Shown here: positions 13,635 through 25,046 of the stretch, piece after piece | How positions within the stretch are numbered: position 1 is the first letter of the stretch | Layout of the letters: the number at the start of each line of letters is the position of its first letter | NCBI RefSeq assembly: GCF_018350175.1 | Contig: NC_058368.1 | Location: 108,812,001-108,876,000 of the forward strand | DNA: 64,000 nt | Direction: 5' to 3' | From: Felis catus | Lineage: Eukaryota | Program-made: the position numbers and the translations under genes | Notes under the pieces: generated by a model | The model's database searches: none | Told to the model about the DNA's origin: nothing | The model's input: only the letters and a program-made list of their open reading frames with translations

Positions 13635-13864
13635 AAGTGAGGCAGGCCAGTCCAGCCAGGAGCCAGCCCTGAGAGTGCACCTCGAGAATCACTGCCCTCG
13701 AACCTACGGATTGCTGAAACTCAGGATCTTCACTTTGGAGGGACCATAGTGTGGGGCCTGGCCATGGGGGGCGGGCGGGGCCAGACTTGCGCTGGAACAC
13801 GCTGCCCCTGATATGGGCTTGGTATGGGGAGCGGGCAATGTTTTACGTTGGCAGGGATCAGTAA

Positions 13865-13935
13865 TATTTATTTATATATTTATGTATTTTAATATTTATT
13901 TATTTATTTATTTAAGATCATACTCTATATTTATT
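13865..13935 (+). promoter_or_regulatory. CSF2 3'UTR AU-rich destabilising element
   Basis: Clustered and overlapping ATTTA pentamers (TATTTATTTATTTATTTATTTA). Confidence 0.93.
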
Positions 13936-13954
13936 CAACATGTTTTACAACAAT

Positions 13955-13960
13955 AATAAA
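13955..13960 (+). terminator. CSF2 polyadenylation signal
   Basis: AATAAA just downstream of the ARE, followed by T/GT-rich sequence. Confidence 0.85.
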
Positions 13961-15039
13961 TTATTAAAAGCCTCTTCTTATTTGTGCCGTTTCCAGTTTA
14001 TTTTCAAACTTGAGTGAATGCTGACAGTGAGGATGGGAGGAGCTGCAAGGTTGGGGGTGGTGCCTGAGGGGCGGCACTGTCGGAGCAGAGGGGAGGTGAG
14101 ACTTGGCCTGGGTGCTACATTCTGCACACCTAGACGTGCTTCCCTGGATGCTCAAGGGTCCCACTGCAAAGAGAGGTTTTCAGGTTCACTTGGAAGTCCA
14201 AGGAACCTGGTCAGTGGGCACTGTGCTCCAGAAAAAGGGCCTTATACTTCCTGAGAAGGCTTGAGGGTTCCTGGGGCTTGGCTGGCCACTGGTTGAACAG
14301 GCCTGCCCTTGAGCGAGGCAAAACACCTATGCCCCTCAGAGGCCTGGACCATGTGACCACACCCTGATCCTCATACTCAGGCTTTCAACCACTCCTAATT
14401 TGAACCAGGAGATAGACTAGCTGTTCAAGAAAAAAAAAAAAAAAAAGACAAACAAACAAAAATAACCACAGGGGTCAGAGCTCAGCATATTTACCAAACT
14501 TTCCCCCAAATGGGTGATCTTAATCTCTGAGAGTCAGAATGTAAATTCAGAATTTGTTAGTACATGGTTCTAGTGTGGCATTTTTCTGAGCTGGCTTTTG
14601 TTTTTACATGAAGTTTTACATCTAATCAGGTGCCCTTCCCTAAAATCCAAGGCCTTCAGTCCAAGAAAGAGCAGTGCTTTTCTCTTCCCTTTGCCAGCCC
14701 GGTTGAAGGCCATGTTCCTGAACCCATTCCCTTGTGTCCCTCCTGTGGACAATGAGGAAGTGGGTGGGTCCTCAAGTGTCAGGTAAACAGCAAGGCCACC
14801 CTTCTCTTTGACAGGTGGGCCTGAGGAAGCTGGCTTGGTGCAGCTGTTCCCCCTGACCCGCTCTCTCTCTCCACCCCACCTATTGTCTCTGCTCTAGCCT
14901 GCACCTGCAGACAGCACCAGTCCTGGCCAAAGACCTGTCCCAACAGGCAGGCAGAGAAGGGTCATGACTCTAGATGTGATTACAAATAAAAATTCTTAGA
15001 CCAAGCCTGATTCTCAGCAATAACAAGAATCCATGAAGT

Positions 15040-15170
15040 GTGCTGTGGTCATAGAAAATGCATGAAAAGCATATCTTGCCCACTGATAAGGAACTCTCTG
15101 TCTTCCACGTAAGCCAGTGATGACTGATAAGAGATTTAGCATTTCCTTAGACTCACATATATAGGTACCC
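15040..15170 (+). promoter_or_regulatory. Putative promoter of the KK34-like gene
   Basis: RUNX TGTGGTC 15044-15050; TGATAA 15084-15089 and 15125-15130; CLE0-like ATTTAGCATTTCCT 15134-15147; TATATA 15158-15163. Confidence 0.7.
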
Positions 15171-15237
15171 CTCTCCACATAAATGTGGAGCCAAGCCCAG
15201 GGCTCAGATTGGCTTGGAGCTATCATAAGGTCATACC

Positions 15238-15390
15238 ATGTACCTGTATGTGTTCCTGGCTTGTGCACTCTGGGGATCAGAAAACCATTCTGCCTCGATG
15301 AAGACAGCCAGCGCATCTGCTCACGACAATCACACCGCAGTCTGTGCTGAAATTCAGAAAGAACTTTCGGCTGACAACATTGTCTACAAC
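15238..15390 (+). CDS. KK34: KK34-like cytokine exon 1 coding part
   Basis: ACCATG start; 153 bp; donor GTAAGT at 15391. Confidence 0.87.
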
Positions 15391-16894
15391 GTAAGTCTGG
15401 GTCTTCATCAAACATTGCTTTGCTCTTAGTGGCCCTTTGTGTTTCTGACCAGCTTCTCCTGCTTCCAGGGTTCCTTCAAAAGGCCCCAGAACACCAGTGA
15501 GGTAAGGTGCAGTCTCTCCATGGACCTTCTGACCACATCTGAAAGGGATCATCACCCCAGTCAGCACCCAGGGCAGAGATAAGAACAAAAGATGTCAGAG
15601 TGAGAAATCTGGGAAGAAAGCGGAGTTTGAATTTGGAGCTGACAGCTCAGCCAACAGATGAGCGAGTGGCCAGTTTTTAGGCTTTTCCAGGCTCCCTGAT
15701 CACCACCCTAGATCAGTCCTGGGCCTGGGGACAGACCAGACACTCACTGCACAGCTTACAGCACCCACCAGTGTCCTGTGGGACAATCAGGGTAGGGCCT
15801 GATTCTGAGTTCAGGGCTCCTAGCCAGGGTGACCAGGGATGGATGGGAATGGTGGTCAACTTGTGGTCTGATGTACACCACCATCATCCCAGTGCCCCCA
15901 ACCCTGTTTCAGGAGCCCTGCTATGGGGAGTTTACAAAGGTCTTCATCTCTACCCTGAAGGAACTTACGAAATACAACGAGCATGACCATCATATAAGAA
16001 AGGTTTATAAGGACATGAAAGAACTCACCAGAATCTGCCCAAAGCTGGAAGTAAGTTGCTATTTGCTCTTAGGGGAACCTCATGCCACCACAGTCAGGGG
16101 GCCCAATGGGACAAAGGACTTCTTACGGCCCCCACTTGTCACATGTGAGGCCTCAGGTACAATTTTCTGATCCAAAGGAAGTGCACTCACTGACAGGGGC
16201 TAGGGCTTAGGAGAGTGGGGATTTAGGGGTTGTTTCAGAAGTTTCTGTTATGCCCTCTGCCAAGTCCCTATGCTCAGGGGTCAGTGTGGAGCAGGTCTGA
16301 GACAGGTCAGAGCAGGGCTGGTTAGGAAGGGCTGCTCAGCCAACCTTGGTTCGGTGGCCAGTCCCAGGGAGCTCTGGTTTGCCCTGCTCCTGGGATTCCT
16401 TCAGGGCTGATGAGTCCCACTGGGAGCCTACTATGTGGGGATGGGCAGTGGTTTAGGGGGGGCATGTTCTTGGGAAATGACCAAGGTATTCCTCTATGTT
16501 CGGCCCCCTGTTTACACATCCCCTTTGTGCTCTGACCCTACTTGTCCTGGGCAACCATGGGACCTGCCCACACTTTGCTGCTCTCTCCCCAAGGCTATAT
16601 GGTCCTCAGACCCTGTGCTCCAGACAGCCTCGAGTGCCCCCTTTAAGGGCCTGCCCAAGGTATCTCCCAGGGATGGAGGGTTTACAGGACCCTTGTGGCT
16701 AGAACAGAGTTTGTTTTTATTTTTTTCTACTAAAAAGATGACTTAAATATGTATTTCTTATTTAGCCAACAGAATCACCCAAGAACTGTACTACTGAGAA
16801 AAGTAATTTCTCACAGTTCAAGGAAGCCTTACAGAGTGTTGTCATATCCATAGAAGGATGGAAATCCTGTAAAAGGGTCAAGAGCAGCCTGTGA
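15238..16894 (+). CDS. KK34: IL-3/IL-5/GM-CSF family cytokine, probable KK34; join(15238..15390,15469..15501,15913..16050,16766..16894), 150 aa
   Basis: Spliced ORF MYLYVFLACALWGSENHSASMKTASASAHDNHTAVCAEIQKELSADNIVYN|GSFKRPQNTSE|EPCYGEFTKVFISTLKELTKYNEHDHHIRKVYKDMKELTRICPKLE|PTESPKNCTTEKSNFSQFKEALQSVVISIEGWKSCKRVKSSL*; three GT-AG phase-0 introns (78, 411, 715 bp); hydrophobic N-terminus; Cys pattern and helix-D motif shared with CSF2; lies directly downstream of CSF2. Confidence 0.88.
15469..15501 (+). CDS. KK34: KK34-like cytokine exon 2
   Basis: Branch-like CTGAC 15445-15449; acceptor TTCTCCTGCTTCCAG; 33 bp GSFKRPQNTSE; donor GTAAGG. Confidence 0.85.
15913..16050 (+). CDS. KK34: KK34-like cytokine exon 3
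   Basis: Acceptor CCCTGTTTCAG; 138 bp EPCYGEF...RICPKLE; donor GTAAGT. Confidence 0.88.
16766..16894 (+). CDS. KK34: KK34-like cytokine exon 4 coding part
   Basis: Acceptor TTTCTTATTTAG; PTESPKNCTTEKSNFSQFKEALQSVVISIEGWKSCKRVKSSL then TGA. Confidence 0.87.
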   Translation, partial: PTESPKNCTTEKSNFSQFKEALQSVVISIEGWKSCKRVKSSL

Positions 16895-17091
16895 GAATCC
16901 ATCTTTTCAGTGAAGCCTGGTTAGAGACACAAGAAATGGAACTGGAGGAGCCTCAGGAACAATTTATAGCCAGGGTGGGGTGGGAGTTTGCTGGCCCTGG
17001 GCTGGCTGATGAGAATGTGGGTGGGTAATAAGGATGGGGGTGTGCCTGAGGAAATTATTTCTGTAAATGATGCAACAGCACCTGCTATTTC

Positions 17092-17097
17092 AATAAA
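17092..17097 (+). terminator. Putative polyadenylation signal of the KK34-like gene
   Basis: AATAAA about 200 bp after the stop codon. Confidence 0.65.
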
Positions 17098-19055
17098 GTT
17101 GGGGTATATAAATGCTGGTGAGTGAGAGTTGTGATAGAGTTTAGTCTCCCTGGGCCCTTGGTAAACTGGAAGGGGCAGAGGGCTGGGATTGATGGTTCCA
17201 TAGCCAGGACTCCTGACCTGGACAGTCAGGAGTCTCTCAGGAGGGGGGCCCAGGAGGGTGAGTGGGAGCCCCATCTCATCTGCTCTTCTGCTATCCCTCC
17301 GGTGCCAGTGGACACAGAGTAGGACACAATGATGCACATCAATGTCTGTGCATCTTATTACTAGCCCTCTTCTCCCTGTGCTCTTCAGAACTCGAATCAA
17401 GTCCTTTCAAAGATCCCTCCATCCCCAGCCTCACTCAGCACCCAAGCACTCCTGGATCTGAGGGCCAAGACTCAAGGCTCAAGGCCTTTCCCTCTGTGGT
17501 GTCTACTACTGCTCCTGGGTGGAGGCGGGGGGGGGGGTGTCTAAATCTAATTCATCATCTCCCCTTGCCTGCTTTCTTGCTGAGGACTGGTATAACCAGA
17601 GAAGGGTCAGACCTGGTAAATGGCTCAGGGGCATGGAGCTTTGAGCCTACTCACAGAGGACTGGGCACAGTAGGGAACCTGGACCAGGTGGGTGGTCCAC
17701 AGGGAGTAGGGATATCTCCAACCCCTAGCTTCTTTGAGACCATCAAATAGCTATCTGACTTCAAAGTAAAGTACCTCACAACACCCTTCAGAGTCCCCTT
17801 GGTATAACAGCCCACTCCCCAAACTGCTATTACCCCCAATCCCCAGCATATGGAGTCATGCCTGTAGTGAATTCACAAGTTACTCTGGTCCTGAAGTGAT
17901 GCCAGACTGAGGTACTGAGCTCTGATCCCCTTATCTTCAATTCTAACCCTAACCCTGATTTGAAGAGTTTACTGGAGGTGACAGCCTCCTACAATCCAAA
18001 CCTTCCAGACCATGAGCTCCTTCACCAAACCAGGAAAGATAAAGATGTAGTGCTCTGGAATACCATTAGGTATCAAGCTGCAACCACAATGTGGCCCAAG
18101 CCAGACCTTTAGGGAGTGTGCAACATCTACCTTCTGATAGGGCTTGCCTAGCTGTGAAGCTTTGGATTGTGCCTGCAGCCAGAGCACAGACCTTCCATAG
18201 CTCTGCCTACCCCTATCCCTTGCTCCAGGCTTCACAGACCACTCCCTGCTCATCTCCACCTTGATAGGCCACATCAGGCCAGATCAGCAAGTGTGACTGA
18301 GCAAAGTTGCCAAATTATCTCATAACATGGAGGATAGCCCTGTGACTCAGTTCTGGGTATCAAGGCTGATAGGCCCAGGGGCCAAAGATAATTAAGATAA
18401 AGCCCAGAGGAAGCCCATGGTGCACTCCCCACAGACTGTGAGCTCTACATCTAATTCATCATCTCTCCTTGCCTGCCACATTACATGGGTGCTCAGGGTT
18501 CCTAAGGTTACTCCTCTGTAATGAGCACAAGAGCCTGCAGGATGCATGGCAGGACGGGGTTGTGGAGACACACTGATGACAAGACCTACCACTTCACTGC
18601 TTCAGCCTCCTCTTAGTCTAAGGCATCTAATAGTGGAGGTCTGGGGGTTAGCGTGTATACCTTTGTCATCCCCTTGCTGTGTTCAGGACATTAGGGTGTA
18701 CACAGGCTTGGCCTGTCACTAACTCGCTGTGTGACGTTGAACATGCACCTCAGTTTCTCAGCCACAGTCCATACAGGCAGGGTGGGCTCTAGCCCCAAAG
18801 GCCAGACCATAGCCAAAGTTCAGGGTCTTTGTCAAGCTTGGGGCCTCAGAGCATGTGGCTCAGCTCTAGGGAAACTAAGGTTGATCAAGAGGCTCTGGTG
18901 CCTCCTCTGGGAAACAGTAAAGTTGGTAAGGACACAGGCAGGAGGGCAGCTATTCAACAAGAAATAATTGTCCCCATTCCCCTGCCACCCTTAAACCTTG
19001 GTCACCAAACGCCATCCATGAAGAGATCCTGCAGTGAGGGCCACTTGGGTTTTCT

Positions 19056-19292
19056 TTTTTTTTTTCTTTTTCTTTTTTTAATGTTTATTTATTTTTGAGA
19101 GAGAGAGACAGAGCACAAGGAGAGGAGGGGCAGAGAGACAGGGAGACACTGAATCTGAAGCAGGCTCCAGGTTCTGGGCTCCTAGCTGTCAGCACAGAGC
19201 CTGATGCAGGGCCTGAACCCATGAACCGTGAGATCGTGACCTGAGTCACGTGACCTGATGGCTTAACCGACTGAGCCATCCAGGTGCTCCGA
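19056..19292 (-). mobile_element. Can-SINE (SINEC, felid type)
   Basis: tRNA-derived head, (CT)n and poly(A) tail on minus strand; TSD GCCACTTGGGTTTTCT. Confidence 0.93.
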
Positions 19293-21749
19293 GCCACTTG
19301 GGTTTTCTATGTGCCCTAGTTCCCCCTCCAGTTAGGCTCATATCTAGACAGCGGTAATGGTTCCTGTTGGAACCAGGTGGGAGGGCCATGTGGGAACTGC
19401 TCTGGAGACCCAGGCAGGCCTGAGCCCACAGCTCTCTGGGAGCCTACTGGCTCTACTGCCTCAGAATCTATGGAGAAGCTGGTACACTGGAAGGCCAGAG
19501 CTCTGGGCTGGACACCTGGGCACAAGAGGTTTGGCCTGACCCCCAAATGGCTGGGATGGCTCTATGCACTCTCTTTCCCTAGGATACCAGGCAAAAGGTT
19601 CATATTATATCCCTCCAAGGAAGATAACCATGGGAAGATATGGGTCAGGCCTATTCTGACCCTGAAGAAACACTCTTGGCTTTGCGAGGCCCACCTCTAG
19701 ACCAGGAGGAAAGGCAGGGCTGGGTAGCCTGAGAACACAGGCTCATCCAAACATCAAGGCTTACCAGGACAATTGAACAGTCCCTTTCCCTTCATTTCAC
19801 AGGGGCCTCCCTAGGGACCACCTCAACTCTTTATCACCCTCTGCCTCTTAGAGCCCCCCTTCTCCCTCAGAAGTCAGTAGTACTGAGATTAGAACCAGGA
19901 ATCTAAGACATACGCTAAAGTGGTTGTGCAGCCTTCTCATACATGCGAGGCCTCAAGAACTGGAACAGTCCTGTTGGCAGCCACATGATGGTCTCTATCA
20001 CAGGCCACAGCGTGGCTACATTCTTTGACTCAGCATTCACATTTTGGGAGAGCACACAGAAGGAGGGAAGCTTTATCCACAGAAAAAGCCAATTGTTCAG
20101 TCCATGAAATAAAGTAAGGGACATGAAGTTAACATGGCAACATGACAAGGCACCTGTGAAAGGTCCAGAATGGCATTGATGCTGGGATAATGCCAAGTAG
20201 GCCAAGGGCTAGAAAGGAATTGGGATGATGACCTGGGTGGTGGGATGGCAGGTATATTTTCTCCTTGGTTTTCTACCCTGTGATGACTGTAAACGTGGCT
20301 GTGGCTGGATCTGAGGAGAGACACTGAATGCCAAGATCAGTGGGCATCATGTGGTTCCCTTGTTTACAGAAAATTTGCACCTTCAGTGTCTCCAGGTAAA
20401 TGGAGTTCTTGGTGGCAGCTTGCATCAAATGATTCTCCAAGTCGGTGGTTCAACGAAGACGCAGGTGATTAGCTTAAAAAGGGGGGGTCTTCTCCCCTCA
20501 AAGTCCAGAGGGCTGTCTGCTCTTTCTGAGATAGCATGGACAGCAAAAGAGGCCTGGCTGCTCTTCCTTGGCAGGCAGGATAGCTCTCACTACAGGCCCG
20601 GAGGTTGAAAGGTACTACTCAGGCATCCTCAATTAACCTCACAACTATCCCGTGCATGGAGTGAAGGGTGGGGGCTACACATCTGGCCTGCATCACACAG
20701 ACCCAAGTAGGCAGAACTGGCCCTGGAAACTAGGACCTGAGCCCTTATGCCTCTTGTATCTTGGTTGCCTGCACATGTGCATGCTTAGGAATTCAGGGTT
20801 TATATAAATGAGAGTGGAGGGCAGGGGGTACATGCACCAGGCACATATTGTGCCAACCTGGCCTTATGAGTAAGTTGCTATTTGTGTTGAAGGCACATGG
20901 CTGAATCCAGCAGCTCCTGTCATGGACCCTCCCACACTATTACAGGGGCTTCGCAAAAAAGAAATCTGGCATTTGTGTCTCTCCTAGGCCTCAATCTCCT
21001 TAAAACTGTAAAGTAGGGTTGTGGCAGGGACAGAGAGGCACCAGCCCCAGACCAACCTGCTATGACATAGGAAGGCCTACTGCCCTGATGCTTAGGGCAA
21101 GGCCAGGAAAACCTGTTTCTGCTGAGAGTGCCCTGATGCTGGTCCAGTTTCTCTGAGGAGAGGGGAGGCCAGAATGCTCATGGCATCCAGGTCTATAGGG
21201 CAGGTCAGAGCAGGGCCAGCTCCAAGAAGGGACCTGGGGATGGGGAGGAGCCATCTCACCTTCTGTTAGTGCTGGAAGCACCCTGCCCCCCAGACAGGCC
21301 TGGGACTTCTTCAGGACCACACAGAAGGTAAGCTGAACTGAATCCTCAGGCCTGGTTCGCAGAAGCCCCTTTTCTGGACCCTCAGAAGGGCTGTTGCCCT
21401 CAGAAATGGCTGACCAATTTCCCTCCTGTGAGGAGACCCTGAGCTATGGCTGCCAGGAAAGATGCAGCTTCACAAGTTATTTTTCACTGTGGTTTGAGAT
21501 AACAGCAGTGAAACAGTTTCGTGTTGCTGCCACTGATGTTATCTCTGGCCCAGACCTGCTCTTTCAACCTGAGAGATGATTAATTAAAAACCTTTCTCCC
21601 TTTTCTTTTTCTCAACTTCAAGGGAAGATCAGCACAAACTCCCCAGGTTCTGCCCTCAAACATAATTCCTGGCCCTCACCCAAGGGGAAGATCCGTATTT
21701 CTTCAAGATCCTGCAGTTCTTCTGGAGGCAGATAAAAGCTTCTTAAAAA

Positions 21750-22310
21750 AAATTATTTTGAGTTTTAACTGAGTTGTACATTAAGCACACGAATCCTTAA
21801 GTGTACATTTCAGTGACTTTTTGCATATGTCTATACCAATACAACCAGCACCCGAGAGCTCTAAGATACAGAGCATTTCTAGCACTCCTAAAGGCTGCCT
21901 CTGCTTTCTCCCTCTTAGTTACTTACTATCTGCTGTCCTAAGTGTCCAGACTCTATCACCATAAATTCATCTTTCCCTTCTTAAACTTCATTTAAATGGA
22001 ATCATAGACTGTGCTCTCTTTTATGTTTGACATTTCTTGTTCAATATTCTATCTGTGCAATCCTTTCTGTTTTTTGATGGAGCTGTAGTCTATTTTGTTT
22101 CTGTGTGGTAGTCCATCATGTCCCACCATGTATTTCCCCATTTCACTGCTGATGGATATTTTGGCTGTTTCCGTTTTTTGGCTAACATTAATAAGGTTGC
22201 TACAAATATTCCTGTATTCCTTTCTTGGTGAGTATTATGTATGCATTTCTGCTGGAAATGCTGGGAATGGTGTGGAATTATTGGGTCATCGGGTATACAT
22301 ATTTTAGTTT
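21750..22310 (-). mobile_element. Old L1 (L1M-type) 3' fragment
   Basis: Degenerate L1 3' motifs (AAATGGAATCATA, GATGGATATTTTGG); minus-strand ORF remnant PDDPIIP...KQPKYPS. Confidence 0.65.
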
Positions 22311-24912
22311 TAGTAGTTACTGTCAAATATTTTTGCATGGAAAAGTCTTTTTTAAGCAATATTGGTTTTCCTACCTCTTGTAGACTGTGTGTCCATCAGA
22401 CTCTGGATCTTTCCTCTCCTTTCACATAATCTGAAACTGTTTCCCAAAGTCCTCATCATTACTGGAAATTCTTCTCTACATTGTTCATTCTTGCCCAGTT
22501 GTCAACATTCTGACAAGCCAATTGTTGGGAAACAAAACCCAAATCTGATTAAGCCTCAGATGGTGCTCACAGGGCCATTGGACCTGCCCTTGGGGAGCTT
22601 GGCTTGGGTAGACTGCAGGGAAGTAGGCACATTGATAACAGCAGAAATTAGCAAGTTTACGCTTTCCACTTCCCCATGCTACTACGGCTGTGTAGGGGCT
22701 CCGTCAGCTTCTAGCATCTCATTTTGGGAGCAGTTAGCTCAAAAAGGGCCCAGTCTGACATGCACGTGGCTGGTGTCTTGCCAGTGCATTCTGCAGTGCA
22801 GCCCTTGTCCATAAGTCTCTTGCCCCATAGGCTCTAGGAGGCCCCAAGGAAACTATGAGGTGCTATCATCCTAGGAGAGACAAGGCTGAGGGGCTTAGCC
22901 CCAGGTAGTGTCCTGGGCTCCTCTCAGGGTCACCATCCCCTAGTCAACCCCCCATCCTATCCTGGTACTTTCACTTTCCTGGTCCCTTAAAGAAATCTGC
23001 CTACTTCACCAGCCTGTAGCCCTGCCCCAGCCTAGCCCACGTGTCCCACACAGACTACCACCTCAGATGGCCCAGAGGCATTAGTCTCTACACAGACCTC
23101 TCCTGCTTCTCTCTCCTTGGCAGCTAGATGGATTTATATACTCATGAATCTATTCAACAAATATTTATTGAGTGCCTATGAAGTATCAGGAATTGTGCCA
23201 GGCTCTGCAGGGAACCCAACCCTTGAGATGTTTACATTTTAGGGAATTAGTCTGGCTGTGTCACATATGGTCTGCCTGTTGGCTCAGGGTGAATATCAAG
23301 CTGTATGATCTGGCCTAAGACCTAGCCATGACACTCTGGCCCTCATGATCCTTAAACATACCTTCAGCTTCTGCTCATAGCCCTGTCCCCTCATGGCAAT
23401 CCTAGGTCCCAGGAACAGAAACCAGTCACAGTTCTCCTACCATACCCTCGCCTCTATGCCTGGAATGTATCCCAGCCAAGTGCTTGACATCTGCTAAGTG
23501 TCTGACATCCATCCCCTCAGGAGACTCAACCAGTGTCCAGTAGGAATGGACACTTCCTCTATTGGGGCATACTCTTCCTCAATACTCACTCTGAGGCTTG
23601 CCTGCCCACCTACTGGGTCTTAGGGGACACTACCATCTGCTCCTCAGGGAATGTGGGGTCTCTTCTCTGAACTACTTCTCTATCCCTCAGGTCTGAGGAG
23701 GACCCTTCACTATATGGGTGCCAGCAGTGGCTACATTTCAGGGTCTGATGAAAATGAGTCTTTTCTCACCTACAAGTAAAAGAAATGCACATAGATTTTA
23801 TGGAAATCAAGATGAAAAGGCATTATGAATTTTCAAAGTTTAGGAAATGCTCTGTGGGAGCAGATCAGCACTAGGCTATAAGGTACTCTTGTATAGCAAG
23901 GGATACTGTTATCATTACCTTTATCAACAACAGCATCTGAGAGGTGAGCCAAGAGGATAGGAGCCGGGGGACCTGGGAACCCAATACCAGCACAACTGCC
24001 TGCTCCCTTTCCCACTTAATGGATTTGGGTACTATCTTAAAGGAAATAGAAGGGAGGGAAGCCCAGCTCTCTGGCATTGTGTCACATTTCCTCCTGCCCA
24101 GAGCCTGGGGCAGCCCCAAGCTTTCCTGGTGGAAGCCCTGGCTCCTACCCAGGCTTCTTCTGCCAGCAGGTCTGGATAAGGGTGGGGTCATTCCATGTAC
24201 TGGGAGGGGAAGCCAAAGAATCAGCAGCTGCTGCTAGAGCCATAGTTTCCAGTCAGAAACTACATGGTAACTCATAGTCTCCACTCTCCTCCTATATCCC
24301 AGGAAGCTCTCCTTGACTGACCCCCACAGTCCTCAGGCCTCTTATCCCACTGGGATCTCTCTGGGCCAGCTGTTGTGGGCCCCTCCCAGGTCCTTAACTG
24401 AAACAGAAGCTCCAGCCCTCCCCAGGGCTGGTAACAAGGCTGTACCCAGCCCAGATTCAGAGAAGGACTATGACTCAGTTAGACCCTAATACCCCATCTC
24501 TCACCAGTTAATCCCCTGGAAATGCACACCATCCAGTGTTGGAACCCAGGTAGAAATCAGGGAAAGCTGCAAGAGCTGCAGGCAATGTCTCAGGCCATTG
24601 TCATACCAAAGACTCCCCTGCCTATGAAACTCAGGAACAGAGACGGAGACTTGGGCTTATGACCAAATAAAAACACCAGGTATGACTGCAGGCCTAGGTC
24701 CCCTAGTTACTGTAAGCCCCCATGGTAAGAAGGAGCATCTTTCCTTAGAGTCAGGCAATCCAATGGCCCAGGAGTCACATAAAGACAGAACAGGTCCATA
24801 ACAGTGACAGAAAAAATGACAGACATAGCTCAGGGCTCCTGAAAGTAACAGATAGACAGATACTGAGAGTCCCTGGCAATGACAGATTCAGCCAGAGCTT
24901 GGATGGGAAAGA

Positions 24913-25046
24913 TGGAAAGACCAGTTGGGGATAGTGGCAGTGACAGATTGACAGAGTCCCAGGCAGTGACAGACAAAGACACAGCTGTTGCAGTGGTGGT
25001 AGTTCTGTCCTGAGCTTGGCCCTAGAGGCTTTTGGAGTTTCCTTTT
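24913..25046 (+). repeat. 134-bp inverted repeat, left arm
   Basis: Reverse complement of 26329-26462, 4 mismatches by eye. Confidence 0.95.

Noticed and set aside
16766..16772. Alternative acceptor CCAACAG for KK34-like exon 4
   Set aside because: Shifts the frame by 7 nt and loses the conserved C-x6-F-x2-FKE motif
17262..17750. 162-aa ORF containing a hydrophobic stretch (LCILLLALFSLCSS), a possible third cytokine exon 1
   Set aside because: No in-frame ATG just before the stretch, no matching donor or downstream exons, no promoter module
24780..24990. Short recurring TGACAGA motifs suggesting an array or CRISPR-like structure
   Set aside because: Irregular spacing and degenerate units in mammalian DNA; a decayed simple repeat
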